From positions 186,001-250,000 of the forward strand of contig NW_027191467.1 of the NCBI RefSeq assembly GCF_011745625.1: a stretch of 64,000 nucleotides of DNA. Direction: 5' to 3'. Shown here in pieces: positions 1 through 10,618 of this stretch (the first letter of the stretch is position 1; the number at the start of each line of letters is the position of its first letter). A program made the position numbers and the translations under genes. Origin of the DNA: Cladosporium halotolerans (lineage: Eukaryota). The notes beneath the pieces were generated by a model. It was given only the letters and a program-made list of their open reading frames with translations. It was not told the DNA's origin and made no database searches.

Positions 1-183
1 ATGGGCGATGTTGTTGTCCTCTACGCCATCGGATGTGTAGTCGCATTTCGGGTAAGGCGGTTTGTTCGAACTTGTTTGGGTCATTCCAGAGGGTACGTTT
101 CGCTTTGTCGTCGTAGCGGAGAGGTCATTGGTGTTGTATAGGACACCATTGACCTCCATCGGTTTGGCGCCTTTAGCAGCCAT
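1..183 (-). CDS. Probable 5' end of a gene running off the left edge (MAAKGAKPMEVNGVLYNTNDLS...), product unknown
   Basis: ATG at 183 in a CCGCCATT-ATG-G context. There are 61 open codons to position 1 with no stop, so it is absent from the ORF track. No recognisable domain. Confidence 0.45.
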   Translation of the reverse strand, partial: MAAKGAKPMEVNGVLYNTNDLSATTTKRNVPSGMTQTSSNKPPYPKCDYTSDGVEDNNIAH

Positions 184-1546
184 AATGGCGGTCGTCGTGT
201 GTTTCCCTTGGGATGTATCAGACGCCCAGAGGGGTTTGCGCTTGCATGTGGTGGGTGATTATCCAAGTCGAGGCTGACTTGTTGCAACCAGGTCAAAGCT
301 CCTGACCCTTGGACGATCGCGCGAAGCGCGTCTACCTTGCAAGAGGCGACGTATTAGTCCCGAAATAGCCAACCCTAACCCTAGTGCGATTGAACCAACC
401 AACCTCACTTGGTCGCAGGATCGCGATCAAACACAGCCTCGATACGTCTTCACGTGCCAGAGGTGTCCTATCGACGCATGCTGCTCGTCTGAAATGCGAA
501 ATCGTGCGCTCCCCTTCGAATAGTGTCTATCCTGCGCTTATGAGGCTGTTGAAAAGACGATTGCCCACAATCACTCAGGAACAGCGTGATCGATGGGTAG
601 AGTCCACATGCTCAGACCGTTGGACCGGCACATGATGTCTGGTTGAATCAAAACATCGTGCGCTCTCCTTACAACTCAAGTATGTGCTGCTATCGGAACT
701 CACAGCTAGAGAAATCATGGCGACTTCCCAGAAGCAGTGCGAGGGAGAGCATGGATTTCAACTGCTCGGGCTTTCTTGATTGGGACATATCCTTTCGATT
801 GCTGGAGATCAAAGTCGCGCGCTATCTTCCTCAAAACCCGTTCGTGCGCTTATATCGAAAGTCGCCACAAGGAAACTCTTCGCATTATCCGGGAACAACA
901 CAAGCGAGGTGATGGGCATTCACATGCTCAGGATCGGCACATGATCTCTTCGGTCAAAATTATCAAGGCAGCGTGGTCTCCGTCAAGTCTTGTTAATGCG
1001 CTCTTCTCTAGACTGTTGGCAAGAAAAACGCTGTCTGCTTACTTGGAGCAGCACAATTTTGACACGGAGAGGTACGACTTCTGAGTCGTGATTCGAAGTG
1101 GTCAGGGTCAACAGCTCGATATGCGTCTATTTATGACCTCAGAAAATTCTGCTGCCGGGCACTCAGGCAGGACATCACAAGATCGGGCATTGTGCTGTTC
1201 TGCGGATCGGCACCGGTTGCTGGTCGCCGGTGGCGGTCGTCATGCGTCAACACCGTCAACACCTCTCATCCACCCGTCCAACGCTCCTTCCTCACGTCGT
1301 GCTTTGCTTCTTTACTGATCTGGTACTGCTGAAGACTTGGCATTGCCGCCTTCGCCGCCGCTGCGCTGAAAAGTCTTTCACTGCCCACTTCCCACCTGTC
1401 ATCTCTCACCCAAGGCAATCACCACTATGTTTCTTTCCACCACCCTTCCCTCCTCTTCAGGCTATCCATTTGGCCTTGCCCTGCTTCTTGCCAGCAGCGC
1501 ATTCGACCTCCCTTTACATGGAAGACTCGGATTTACCCTTGGTCGC

Positions 1547-1838
1547 CTGCTTGATTGCAGCACCTGGTCGCCTCCCACTATCGGAGTGCCCACTTCATAC
1601 CTATCTTGGGGCACCGCTTCATTGCGTCTGCCCCACCCATCTGCTTAATTGCAGCACCTTTCTGGCTTCTTCCACTATCGAAGAGCCAGTGTCAAAACCT
1701 CACAGCTGCGCTTAAATGCGCCTGTGCACTGTGCCTGCTTAGTTGCAGCATCTCCCTGGTCGCCTCCCACTATCGGAGGCCCACTCAAGGACCTCACAGC
1801 TGCGCTCATATGCGCCTGTACACTCAGTGCCTGCTTGA
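1547..1838. repeat. Degenerate tandem repeat, ~94-96 bp unit, 3 copies plus the start of a fourth
   Basis: Units start CTGCTT(G/A)(A/G)TTGCAGCA at ~1547, 1641 and 1735. Shared blocks include CTGGTCGCCTCCCACTATCGGAG (units 1 and 3), CCTCACAGCTGCGCT and ATGCGCCTGT (units 2 and 3). Confidence 0.85.
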
Positions 1839-1899
1839 CAGAAGTGCTCTGCGGAGTTGTCAAACATCAGTGGTGCAGAACCAATCACGACGGCACAGC

Positions 1900-2815
1900 A
1901 TTCATTGAAAATCACCGCGTGCCGCCCGTTATCCGCGAACTTGTCTCCCTAGCATGGTACGAAGGCGAGCTCAAGGGTTATGGGACTCAACGTGCAGAAT
2001 GCGACCTAGAAAAGGTCGTCCAGGAGGCCCACAGGCGTCTAGGCTGGCCCTCACACTGTTCCTCTATGCCCATTGTGGATGTCAGCGGCGCTGAGATCGA
2101 GTCTGCAACACTTGACGGTCGACAGTTTCACAAAAAGCATGAGGTTAACCTTCTCGTGGAACACGTCGACTACTTGCTAATGTGTACGTCGGCGCATTAA
2201 GCAGGAGCGCCAGAACGCCGCCGTATACAGCATGGAGACATTTTGATCCTCACTGAGTGTGCTGGCCAGGCTACCTACATCCGAAGTGAGCTGGAAAGAC
2301 GTAGAATCAACGTTCCGCATCGCAAGATGACGGAGGAAAGGAAATTCGTACCGTGATGGCACGCTCTGTACCAGGAGGAGATGCGCCGATCGTGCTGTAC
2401 AGCATGGTTCGTTGCGATCCGGGGGAACCCAACTACAAGAATCACGGAACACCTGCGTGTGAGCCTTACTCGAGCCCGAATCCAACATGTCACGTTTGGA
2501 AAAGCTCGCACAATTTTTCAGGCCATCAGAGATGGAGCTCACGCGTTCAAAGAAGGTGGCAGACTGTTCAAGCTAGGGCAGATCATTGAGAATTTCGGGT
2601 ATGTGCTGTCTGGTGAAACTCTCGCCGCTTGTCACCACGAGGAAATGGCCAGATTGGAGTATGAAAGCCGTGACATGAGCAGGGAGTACAAGGTTACCTA
2701 CGAATTGGTTACAGGCCGTGTGTCCACACCGCCACCGCGTCTCCCTGAGACTCGGATCCTCAGGATGGTCAGACAGGCGCAAGAGGCGCGGAGGGCAGAG
2801 CACGACAGACCGTGA
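1900..2815 (+). pseudogene. Disrupted Upf1/Sen1/DNA2-like SF1B helicase C-terminal domain (AAA_12-like)
   Basis: Colinear motifs: ENHRVPPVIRELVSLAWYEGEL (like QYRMHPxIxxFxSxxFYxGxL), DVSGAE...HEVNLL, DILILTECAGQATYIRSEL (like DIGVITPYxAQ), TVMARSVPGGDAPIVLYSMVR (like TVDSFQGxExDxVIxSxVR) and HLRVSLTRARIQHVTFG (like RLNVALTRAK). Broken by an in-frame TAA at 2198-2200 and frameshifts near 2345 and 2440. Confidence 0.7.
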
Positions 2816-3727
2816 GCAGCTGCTGGTGAAGAAGAACCGGGCAAGCAAATTCCTTGTAGCGATGTAATTCACTGAGTGAGAAAACCAATATGAGCGCTGT
2901 CGGAGACATTGTCGTTTAATACACGCGCACTACCAGTCTACCTAGTCTGTGGCAGTCGATAGTCCAATGCAAAACACATTTCCAACCCTGACCGCAACAA
3001 ACAAACAAAGCTCAACGTACAGGAAGGCGCAATTATTTGCTGAAAACAATCGTGATATTGTTAGCATATCCTGCGCAATTCGTGGTGCGACGCAATGCTC
3101 TCGGCATGAAGCAGCTTGTTCAGGGCAGTGGTAGCCATGGGTCTCGGCTCGACGTAAACAAGTCGTTGGTCTGCGCGACTCTCTTTCGATCAGCTAGCCC
3201 AGTGATCGTGATCCGTGACACGCAAACGAGCCAGAACTACATATGACAGCCTCAGAAAGTCACTACTTGTTGCTTCACCGTTCTCGAATCCACTCGTTGA
3301 GCTTCCCGACCTTGACGGGAAGAGGAAGACCCGACTGTCTTTCCAATGAAAAGTTCACTTTGCGCGTGACGGTCATCGATCACGTAAGAAGCAATCACTT
3401 TCGAGCCAGTGAGATAACCAAGGTACAGCGTGCAGTCCTCCGGGCGAAGTTCCTAGGTCTTTAATGGAAAGACTTGTCACGTGCTAGGGTGCTTACCTTC
3501 CGCTTTGTCGCACCTCTGGCTGAAGCATAGGTGCCTGAGGCCCAAGGCACCGCTGCACTTTCACGAGATCGAACATGAACTTGCACTGTACCTAAGCGCA
3601 ACAAAACGACAGTTTTGCGACTCATTTGCCAACCTTCCTCTTCAAGCTCCTTCACCCTCGTAGCAATCACTACTCACGGGATTGTATAATATCACTGCGC
3701 CGCGCTGAGCGAAACATCACCGCCGCC

Positions 3728-5296
3728 ATGGCCGCGACCAACGGCGGCTCCATCATGGACGACGTGATCAAAAGGGCGCCTGAGGGCACCATCATTCCAC
3801 CGTCGGGATTGCGCGACATCATAGAGAAGACCGCTGGATATGTTGTGCGCAATGGGCAAACATTCGAGAACAACATCCGAGAGAAGAACTCTTCCAATGC
3901 GAAGATGTCGTTCGTCGACCCCGACGACGCGTACCATGCATACTACAGCTGGCGCAAGACGGAGATCAGAGAAGGAAGAGGCAATGCTATCAGTGCGGGT
4001 CGTGAGAACGAGGTTAGCTTCCAAGGGCGCGAAGTGAAGAAAGGCCCGGAGCCACCGGAAGAGTTCATGTTCTCGGCGAGAGTGCCGAACATCAGCGCGC
4101 AAGATCTGGATGTGGTGAAGCTCACGGCACTTTACGTTGCGAAGAACGGCAGAGGGTGGATGACACAGCTTTCGCAAAGAGAGGCCGGCAACTTTCAATT
4201 CGACTTCTTGCGACCGCAGCACACCCTCTACCAGTTCTTCTCGCGTTTAGTCGATCAATACCAGGACCTTTTGACTGGAGATTCAACTGACAGTGGGAGG
4301 CCGCAGAAGAAGCGCATCACATCTCTTGAGCAAAATGTGAAGGAGCGATTTCAGGTGCTGGACAGGGCCAAAAAGCGGGCGGAATGGGTCAAGCATCAAG
4401 AGGCGCAAAAGGTGGCCAAGGAGGAGCAACAGGAGAAGGAGCGCGTGGAGTATGCACAGATTGACTGGCATGATTTCGTGGTCGTCGAGACTGTCGTATT
4501 CGACGAGAACGACGAGAACACCGAACTCCCAGCTCCCACCACAGTGAACGATCTGCAGTCTGCATCTCTAGAGCAAAAGGCTGCTATGAGCATAAACCCG
4601 AACAGGCGCATCGAGGAAGCCTTCCCCACATTCAACGATCAAGACCAGTTCTACGGCCAGCAACAGCAACCGCAACAGCAGCAATACCAGCAGCAAGTGC
4701 CGCAATCTCTGCCTTACCAACCAACACCACCTCAGGCCCAACAAGCATACCAACCGCCACCCCAAGACGACAGCTTTTCTCGCATCAATACTCTACAACA
4801 GGACCGCGATCGTGCACGTGCAGCTCAGGAGGCTGCAAGGTCTACCGCCGCGCCTATGAAAATCCGTTCCGACTACGTTCCTCGCGCCCAGCAAAAGCGC
4901 CAAACCGCGAACACATCAATCTGCCCCAACTGCAATCAAGCAATCCCCAACGAAGAGTTCGAGCAGCACATGCGTATCGAGTTGCAGTCGCCTGAGTGGC
5001 GTGAGCAAGCCGCGCGTGCCGCGCAGCGTTCCTCAACAACGAACTTGTCGACACAGGAAGTGGCAAACAACCTCAAGCGACTGGCCAGCCAGCGTACGGA
5101 CGTCTTCGATCCTGTAACCGGGCAGGCCGTGAGTGAAGAAGAGGCCGCAAGGAGGAAGCGTGCCGAGGTCAGCGCGTACGACGGTGTCAGTGGTATGCCG
5201 AGTCAGGCTGCCTTGGCGGGTATGGGACAGCCTGGCGAACAGAGCAGGGACGTGCAGGAGCAGATCCGCCAGCTGCACCAGAAGTACAAGGGATGA
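3728..5296 (+). CDS. prp21: Splicing factor 3A subunit 1 (Prp21/SF3A1/Sap114), two SURP domains
   Basis: SURP motifs (IIEKTAGYVVRNG; VVKLTALYVAKNG...FQFDFLRPQH) and the PRP21-like YAQIDWHDFVVVETV segment. Single exon; ATG at 3728 in a GCCGCCATGG context. Confidence 0.95.
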   Translation: MAATNGGSIMDDVIKRAPEGTIIPPSGLRDIIEKTAGYVVRNGQTFENNIREKNSSNAKMSFVDPDDAYHAYYSWRKTEIREGRGNAISAGRENEVSFQGREVKKGPEPPEEFMFSARVPNISAQDLDVVKLTALYVAKNGRGWMTQLSQREAGNFQFDFLRPQHTLYQFFSRLVDQYQDLLTGDSTDSGRPQKKRITSLEQNVKERFQVLDRAKKRAEWVKHQEAQKVAKEEQQEKERVEYAQIDWHDFVVVETVVFDENDENTELPAPTTVNDLQSASLEQKAAMSINPNRRIEEAFPTFNDQDQFYGQQQQPQQQQYQQQVPQSLPYQPTPPQAQQAYQPPPQDDSFSRINTLQQDRDRARAAQEAARSTAAPMKIRSDYVPRAQQKRQTANTSICPNCNQAIPNEEFEQHMRIELQSPEWREQAARAAQRSSTTNLSTQEVANNLKRLASQRTDVFDPVTGQAVSEEEAARRKRAEVSAYDGVSGMPSQAALAGMGQPGEQSRDVQEQIRQLHQKYKG

Positions 5297-5484
5297 AGAC
5301 TTGATGATTCAGAGGAGATGCAAGCCAAAGACTCACACAAGTCCCTTAAGGGCATACTGTAAAATAATCCAACGGTGTATCAAATGACTATGAGTCGTCT
5401 CAGCCAATCCTCAACAATGGAGATCCCATGCCGTATACCCATATCCCGAGTCGCAATGTGACATCCAGTAACGTTTGAATATCA

Positions 5485-6681
5485 TTACAATCCCAATCCT
5501 TTAGTCCAAGCCGCCTTCACCTGCATATCGCCATCGTTCTCAAAAACTTTCCCAGCATCCCATTCTCTGCCCTCGCCCTTGCTTCTCCATCTCAGATCCC
5601 TTTCGTCCTTCTCTCTCCTACTGCCCTCAAATTTCGCCACATCATTCTCTCCGAACCCGGCCTCTCTCAACCGCTGAGCTCCTTTCTCGCGCCACGCCGC
5701 ACGGTCGCGCACAGCTTCCAACGACGTAGCCCAGTCGTCTTTCTCGCCTTCCGAATCCGTTAAGGCGACGTCCGCGCGTGGGTTGTATGAAGGGTCGTTG
5801 AAGCGGAGGTCGAATGTAGAGCGATTTGTCGCGTTGCCGCCGCGGCCTCGTGGTCTTGACGTGGGTGGAGGCGCGGGACCTATGAGGGAATCGAGAGGGT
5901 CCGAGTCTTCTGACAGTTCATCACGATCTCTTGAGCTGGGCTTCGAATCGGAACGCTTTTCTTGGGAGGCCGGCGAATGCGATTCGCCTCTATCTGCATG
6001 GTGATGTCTGTGATGTTTCTCTCGGCGACCATCGTCTCTAATTTTGCGATCTGATCTCTCGTGGCTGCGAGACCGTTTCCGTTCCCGATGGTAGCTTCTT
6101 GGTTGTGGCGACCTTGAACCCGCACCGGGACTTCGTGACCGCCTTCGTTCTCGATATTGGCTTTTGCGGTGAGGAGGTGACCTCGACCGCGAATCAACAC
6201 TTCGTGATCGCCTCCTCCTATGCGAATGATGCTCTTTATGCGACGAGCGCTCCTTGCGTTCCCTTGAATCCCGCGAACGGACTTTCTCATCTCTACGTGT
6301 ATGTGCCCTCTCAGTCCATCTCTCATCCTTCGATTCTCTTCCACGCATGCTTGGTCCACCAAGCCCAGAAAGAACGCCTTTCCACCTGCCTTCCCGCTCG
6401 CCTTCCCGTCGCTTTTTCTTCAGATCGGCTTCTCCATCGTCTCCAACCTCTTCCTTGGATCGCTTTTTGCCCTCCTCAAGGCCCTTCAGTCGTGCTCTGG
6501 TCTCCGCCTTCTCTTTTGCCAGTAGTGTGGCGTTGTGGCTATCCGCGTCTCGCACCAGGTTCTTCAGGAACCGAGTATTCGGCTTCGGCGCATTCTTGTC
6601 GCGTCGTTCAGAGGATTTGCCAGACAGCGCTTCTTTCTGTAGGCGGGAGATGACGTACTCGTCCGTCAAAAGGGTATCCAT
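5485..6681 (-). CDS. Conserved fungal RS/RD-rich nuclear protein (often labelled pre-mRNA splicing factor 38B-like)
   Basis: 398-aa ORF with a conserved-looking N-terminus (PKPNTRFLKNLVRDADSHN), an RSRS-rich core and a C-terminal W..GEGREWD.GK. Divergent from sos7. Confidence 0.8.
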   Translation of the reverse strand: MDTLLTDEYVISRLQKEALSGKSSERRDKNAPKPNTRFLKNLVRDADSHNATLLAKEKAETRARLKGLEEGKKRSKEEVGDDGEADLKKKRREGEREGRWKGVLSGLGGPSMRGRESKDERWTERAHTRRDEKVRSRDSRERKERSSHKEHHSHRRRRSRSVDSRSRSPPHRKSQYRERRRSRSPGAGSRSPQPRSYHRERKRSRSHERSDRKIRDDGRREKHHRHHHADRGESHSPASQEKRSDSKPSSRDRDELSEDSDPLDSLIGPAPPPTSRPRGRGGNATNRSTFDLRFNDPSYNPRADVALTDSEGEKDDWATSLEAVRDRAAWREKGAQRLREAGFGENDVAKFEGSRREKDERDLRWRSKGEGREWDAGKVFENDGDMQVKAAWTKGLGL

Positions 6682-6943
6682 AGTTTCAAAAATCCAACAT
6701 TAGAGAGCAGGTTCAAATGTACCACATGCGAGCCGCTGTATTTGTACAATTGCGCTACCACCTGCGACGCAGAGTGCAACCTCATGGCATGTGAAAGAGC
6801 GCAGATTATGACGCAACACGGGCCTTCCCGCCGCCCATCAAGCGCGCTCGATTTGGGAAAACGTAAACATCCACCCACGCGACCACAACATAAAACACGA
6901 CGCCAATCACAACAAAAGTCGTGGACAGGGCGAACAAGCGAAC

Positions 6944-7802
6944 ATGGACCACCATCATGCGCTCGCGCAGCTCCAGCAGCCTACCGAACTCTCGATCCTC
7001 AGCATATCGCAGCCCATCCTCGACCCCGCCTCGTCCACGAAACGCTCCTCCAGTGCTTCGGACCAAGAGCGCACGCCAGCCGCGCTGCAAGCCGATCTAG
7101 AACACTACCGCGAGCTGTTCTCAAAACTCCGATTCAGCTATGTCGAGCAAGTGACCAAGGAGCGATTCCTACGTGCCGTGACGGCAGAGCAGCCGGAGTT
7201 TGTCGAGGGCGAGGAGAACCGCGAGCTCGGAGAGAAGCTTGCTGAGGACAAGGCTGCTTTGAAAGCGAAGAAGGAAGAGGTTAGAGGGATTATTAATGAT
7301 TTGGAGGAGCAGGGGAAGGTGTTGGCTGGACGTGAGTGACAATGCTGAGGCCGCAGAAATCTAACGTTACTGACAAATGCGTGCAGGATACGAAGAGATT
7401 GGACTCCAGACCGCCCAGCTAGAAGCGCTGCCGGAAGAGATCGCCCAGCTCGAGACCAAGCTCTCGGCGCTGCGTGCTTCGCAGCAGCCGAAATCCTCAA
7501 ACCCGTCGCTCAACTTACCTTTGCAACCCACGTTATCCCTGCTTTCGAAGAAGGAACAAGAACTGGCGGATCTTGATCGGCAAATCGCAAACCTGCAGCG
7601 CGTATTGCCTGAGAAGAAGCGCGCAGTGGCAGCTCTTGAGGCCGACCTGGGACCTCTGGAGGCGCGCAAGAACAATGCCGTGCAGAATGCAGCTGAGGCG
7701 AAGAGAGGGAGGGAGAACGGTGGGCTCGGCGACGAGCTTGAAGAGAGGGGCAGGTGGCTGAAAGGCGTTGATAGTGGCTTGAAGGCGATGCTTGAAGTGT
7801 AA
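6944..7802 (+). CDS. sos7: Kinetochore protein Sos7 (Kre28/Zwint-like); exons 6944-7331, 7387-7802
   Basis: ADLEHYRELFSKLRFSYVEQVTKERFL motif plus coiled coils. GTGAGT...CTGAC...CAG intron at 7332-7386 joins the two ORFs in frame. Confidence 0.85.
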
Positions 7803-8267
7803 GGAGGTGATGTGGGTGACTAAGGTGCTCGGGCTTCCTCGGGTTTGACTGGGAGGCGTTCTGAATGGTTTTACGAATAGATACCCATGGCGCAATGGAC
7901 AGAAGCTTCTTCTTCGCTTCTCTGTAACATAACTAAAATTTTGGACACATGCCTCCCATCTCGACTGCTGTTCCTCAATGCACCTTCAATGTGTTACCTT
8001 ATCTGGCAAAGACTCTTGTGCCCTAACATTTCGCAATCATGCGGTGTTATCCCAAGAGTGGTCGGATGATTGTCCAAAGGCTGTGGCGGATAGGGAATGT
8101 AAGTGCCTGAGGCCACCGCCAAGACCAAGCAACCTCCGTCCGCTTCAAAAGCTGTGTCTTCGACATTTCTTTCTGCCAGTTCACACCTCAAGACACCAGC
8201 CTGCGAACCATTCCGATGTCGTGAAAACACACCATTGGCAGCTTTGCTGCCAATTTTGCATCCCTGT

Positions 8268-9893
8268 ATGGCTTCTAATCCGCAAGGCAAAGATGTCCAG
8301 GCATATCCGCCAACGTCTTTGGACTTCATCAACCGGCCCAACCCGGTGGAGCCTTTGGCCGCGCCGCCGAAGCATCCTTTGCACGGCGCCTCGCATTTGC
8401 ACAGTGCTTACACGCATGACTTGCGCCGCCTGCTCCTGGACCGCGTGCCGAGAGATGCGGCCGGTGAGGCGGCGGCGAAGCGATTGAGGTCTGAAGATGA
8501 GGGCTCAAGCCGCAGCAACGGCACCAGCCAGGCGCGAGACCTACCTTCATTGCCGAGACTGCCTGTGAGATCTGGCAGTGGTTCGAAAGCTAGCAGAAGG
8601 AGGCTGCCACCGACGCTGAGTGGCTTACATCAGCCGCCACCGGATGCTGGCTTGTTGCCATCAATTAGTGTTCAACACCCCAGGCAGCAGACCCCGGACG
8701 CTCAAGTGTCACCTAGCGAGGTAAAAGTCGCTGGGACTAGTAACGACACTAGTTATCTAGAGAGGAATGATTGTTCTGAAGCGGAGAAACCGGCTCTCTC
8801 GGCTGTGAAATCGAGATCCAAGAAACCTGCCAAGAACAAGTGGTCCGAACAGGAGACCGCAGACCTGCTCAAAGGAGTGGCCAAATTTGGCATCGGCAGC
8901 TGGTCGAAGATTCTCAAGTGTGAGGAGTTCAGCTTCAACCGCCGAACAGCGCTGGACTTGAAGGATCGATTTCGCGTCTGCTGCCCCGAGCATTACCGAA
9001 AGCCAAAAGCGCAGTCGCAAAGCCAGCACGACAATATTGAGGGTTCCGTGAACAAATACGCAAAGCCGAACGACCGCAAGGGAGCTTCAGACCTCGCGCG
9101 ACTTGGAATCGAGCAGCCCTTTCAGAAATCCACTCGCCGATCTCGACACGGCTACACCAAAGAGCAAGATGATGCTCTCTATCGAGGTTTTCTCGAACAT
9201 GGCAAATCCTGGGCTGCTATTCAGAAAGACGAGAAAGTGCTGGCTGAGCGGACGCCCACAGACCTAAGGGACCGCTTCCGACTCAAGTATCCCAAAGAGT
9301 ACGCAGCTGCAGGGCTGGCGCCCAGACCTGAAGTGTTTCCTCAGCCCCCCGACCGTGGCTCTCAGGCAGCGGACACGCGAGACTCATCTGCGAATCGCGA
9401 CAAAAGCACAAGTGAGGCGACAGCAAACACAGATGTACCTGTGCGATCTGAACAGCCTCATCTTCAACCTGCAGATTCGTCACCTGCAAGTAGGCCCTAC
9501 GATCCCCATGTCTCTCTTCCCAATGATGTATTCCTCGGCATTCCCGCCGACGATGAAGATATGGACACCGAACCGCTTACACTTGATCGTGGCATCTTAG
9601 ATTGGGCGTTCGAAACGACTAAGCTCAATAATCAGGAATCGTCAAATAGTAGAGGCGAATATGCGCCACCGCCACGAGCTTCGGGCACCATGCCTGCCTC
9701 ATCGTCGAGTTTCAGCAATACCGGCAACGCCTCAGCATTGCTGCCGTCACTTGCAACGATCACAGCTGTAAGTGACGATTCCGAGCAGCTGGAGTTGCCT
9801 TCGTTGATGCAGTATTTCTCTTCCATCGAAGGCGACAGCAGAAGCGGCGGAAACAGCTTCCTTTCTTTCGAGGAGCTGCTCAGCCAATCCTGA
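8268..9893 (+). CDS. Two-Myb (TRF/telobox-like) DNA-binding protein, Tay1/Teb1-like
   Basis: Myb1 KWSEQETADLLKGVAKFGIGSWSKIL...RTALDLKDRFR and Myb2 YTKEQDDALYRGFLEHGKSWAAI...RTPTDLRDRFR. First ATG at 8268. Confidence 0.85.
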   Translation: MASNPQGKDVQAYPPTSLDFINRPNPVEPLAAPPKHPLHGASHLHSAYTHDLRRLLLDRVPRDAAGEAAAKRLRSEDEGSSRSNGTSQARDLPSLPRLPVRSGSGSKASRRRLPPTLSGLHQPPPDAGLLPSISVQHPRQQTPDAQVSPSEVKVAGTSNDTSYLERNDCSEAEKPALSAVKSRSKKPAKNKWSEQETADLLKGVAKFGIGSWSKILKCEEFSFNRRTALDLKDRFRVCCPEHYRKPKAQSQSQHDNIEGSVNKYAKPNDRKGASDLARLGIEQPFQKSTRRSRHGYTKEQDDALYRGFLEHGKSWAAIQKDEKVLAERTPTDLRDRFRLKYPKEYAAAGLAPRPEVFPQPPDRGSQAADTRDSSANRDKSTSEATANTDVPVRSEQPHLQPADSSPASRPYDPHVSLPNDVFLGIPADDEDMDTEPLTLDRGILDWAFETTKLNNQESSNSRGEYAPPPRASGTMPASSSSFSNTGNASALLPSLATITAVSDDSEQLELPSLMQYFSSIEGDSRSGGNSFLSFEELLSQS

Positions 9894-10618
9894 TCGCTGC
9901 TCGTTGATCGAGACATATTCCTTTTGGCTCAATTTCTTTCCTGTTCCCTTTTACTCCTCGTTTGAGCGACTCCGAACCATTTACCCTCCTCAGTATACGT
10001 CGTCTTACCCAAGCAATGTGAGACTCGTTTGTCATTGGAGGCATATTGAAACCCTGAGGTGTGCCATCCTTGCCTTGCGCTTGGATGGTTGTGCCTTGGA
10101 TGCGGGCAAAATTGACTTCGCTTTCTTGCATTTGCCGTGGGAGGGAGGTCTCATAGCACGCGTACATACTTCCACCATAATAATCAAGTATTCGTCTTGC
10201 GCTCTGCACGCGCAGAACAATAAATCATGTGCCGTATCCGGAAGCGTGCAGGGACTGGAAGTCTCATCTCATTGCGCGCCAATGAGCGTTTCAGCCGGTA
10301 AGGCGTGGGCGCCGATGCATGCACCAATGCACACGCGCACATAAACCGGGTTCTCTCCTCGAAGCTGACTGCTGCGCGTGTTCTGCGATAGGATGATGGG
10401 TGATGGCCTCAGGTGGGGTTTCTCGATGATCAGTCGTCTAGTAGATTGATGTGATCACTCCAAAGGTACGTCTTGCAAACCCGGTAGACGCGTCGCTGCA
10501 GTAACTGGACCATGTGCACTGCAGTAACCGTTAGCTATAGAAAAGGTACATATACGTCCCATCCTTGGCTGCGCTCCATGTGCAAGAGTTCCTGATTATT
10601 CCTGCCTGCATCACAATC

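Noticed and set aside
498..673. Short imperfect repeat ATCGTGCGCTC(C/T)CCTT at ~501 and ~655
   Set aside because: Only two ~16-bp copies. Not a CRISPR array, LTR or TIR, and too short to interpret.
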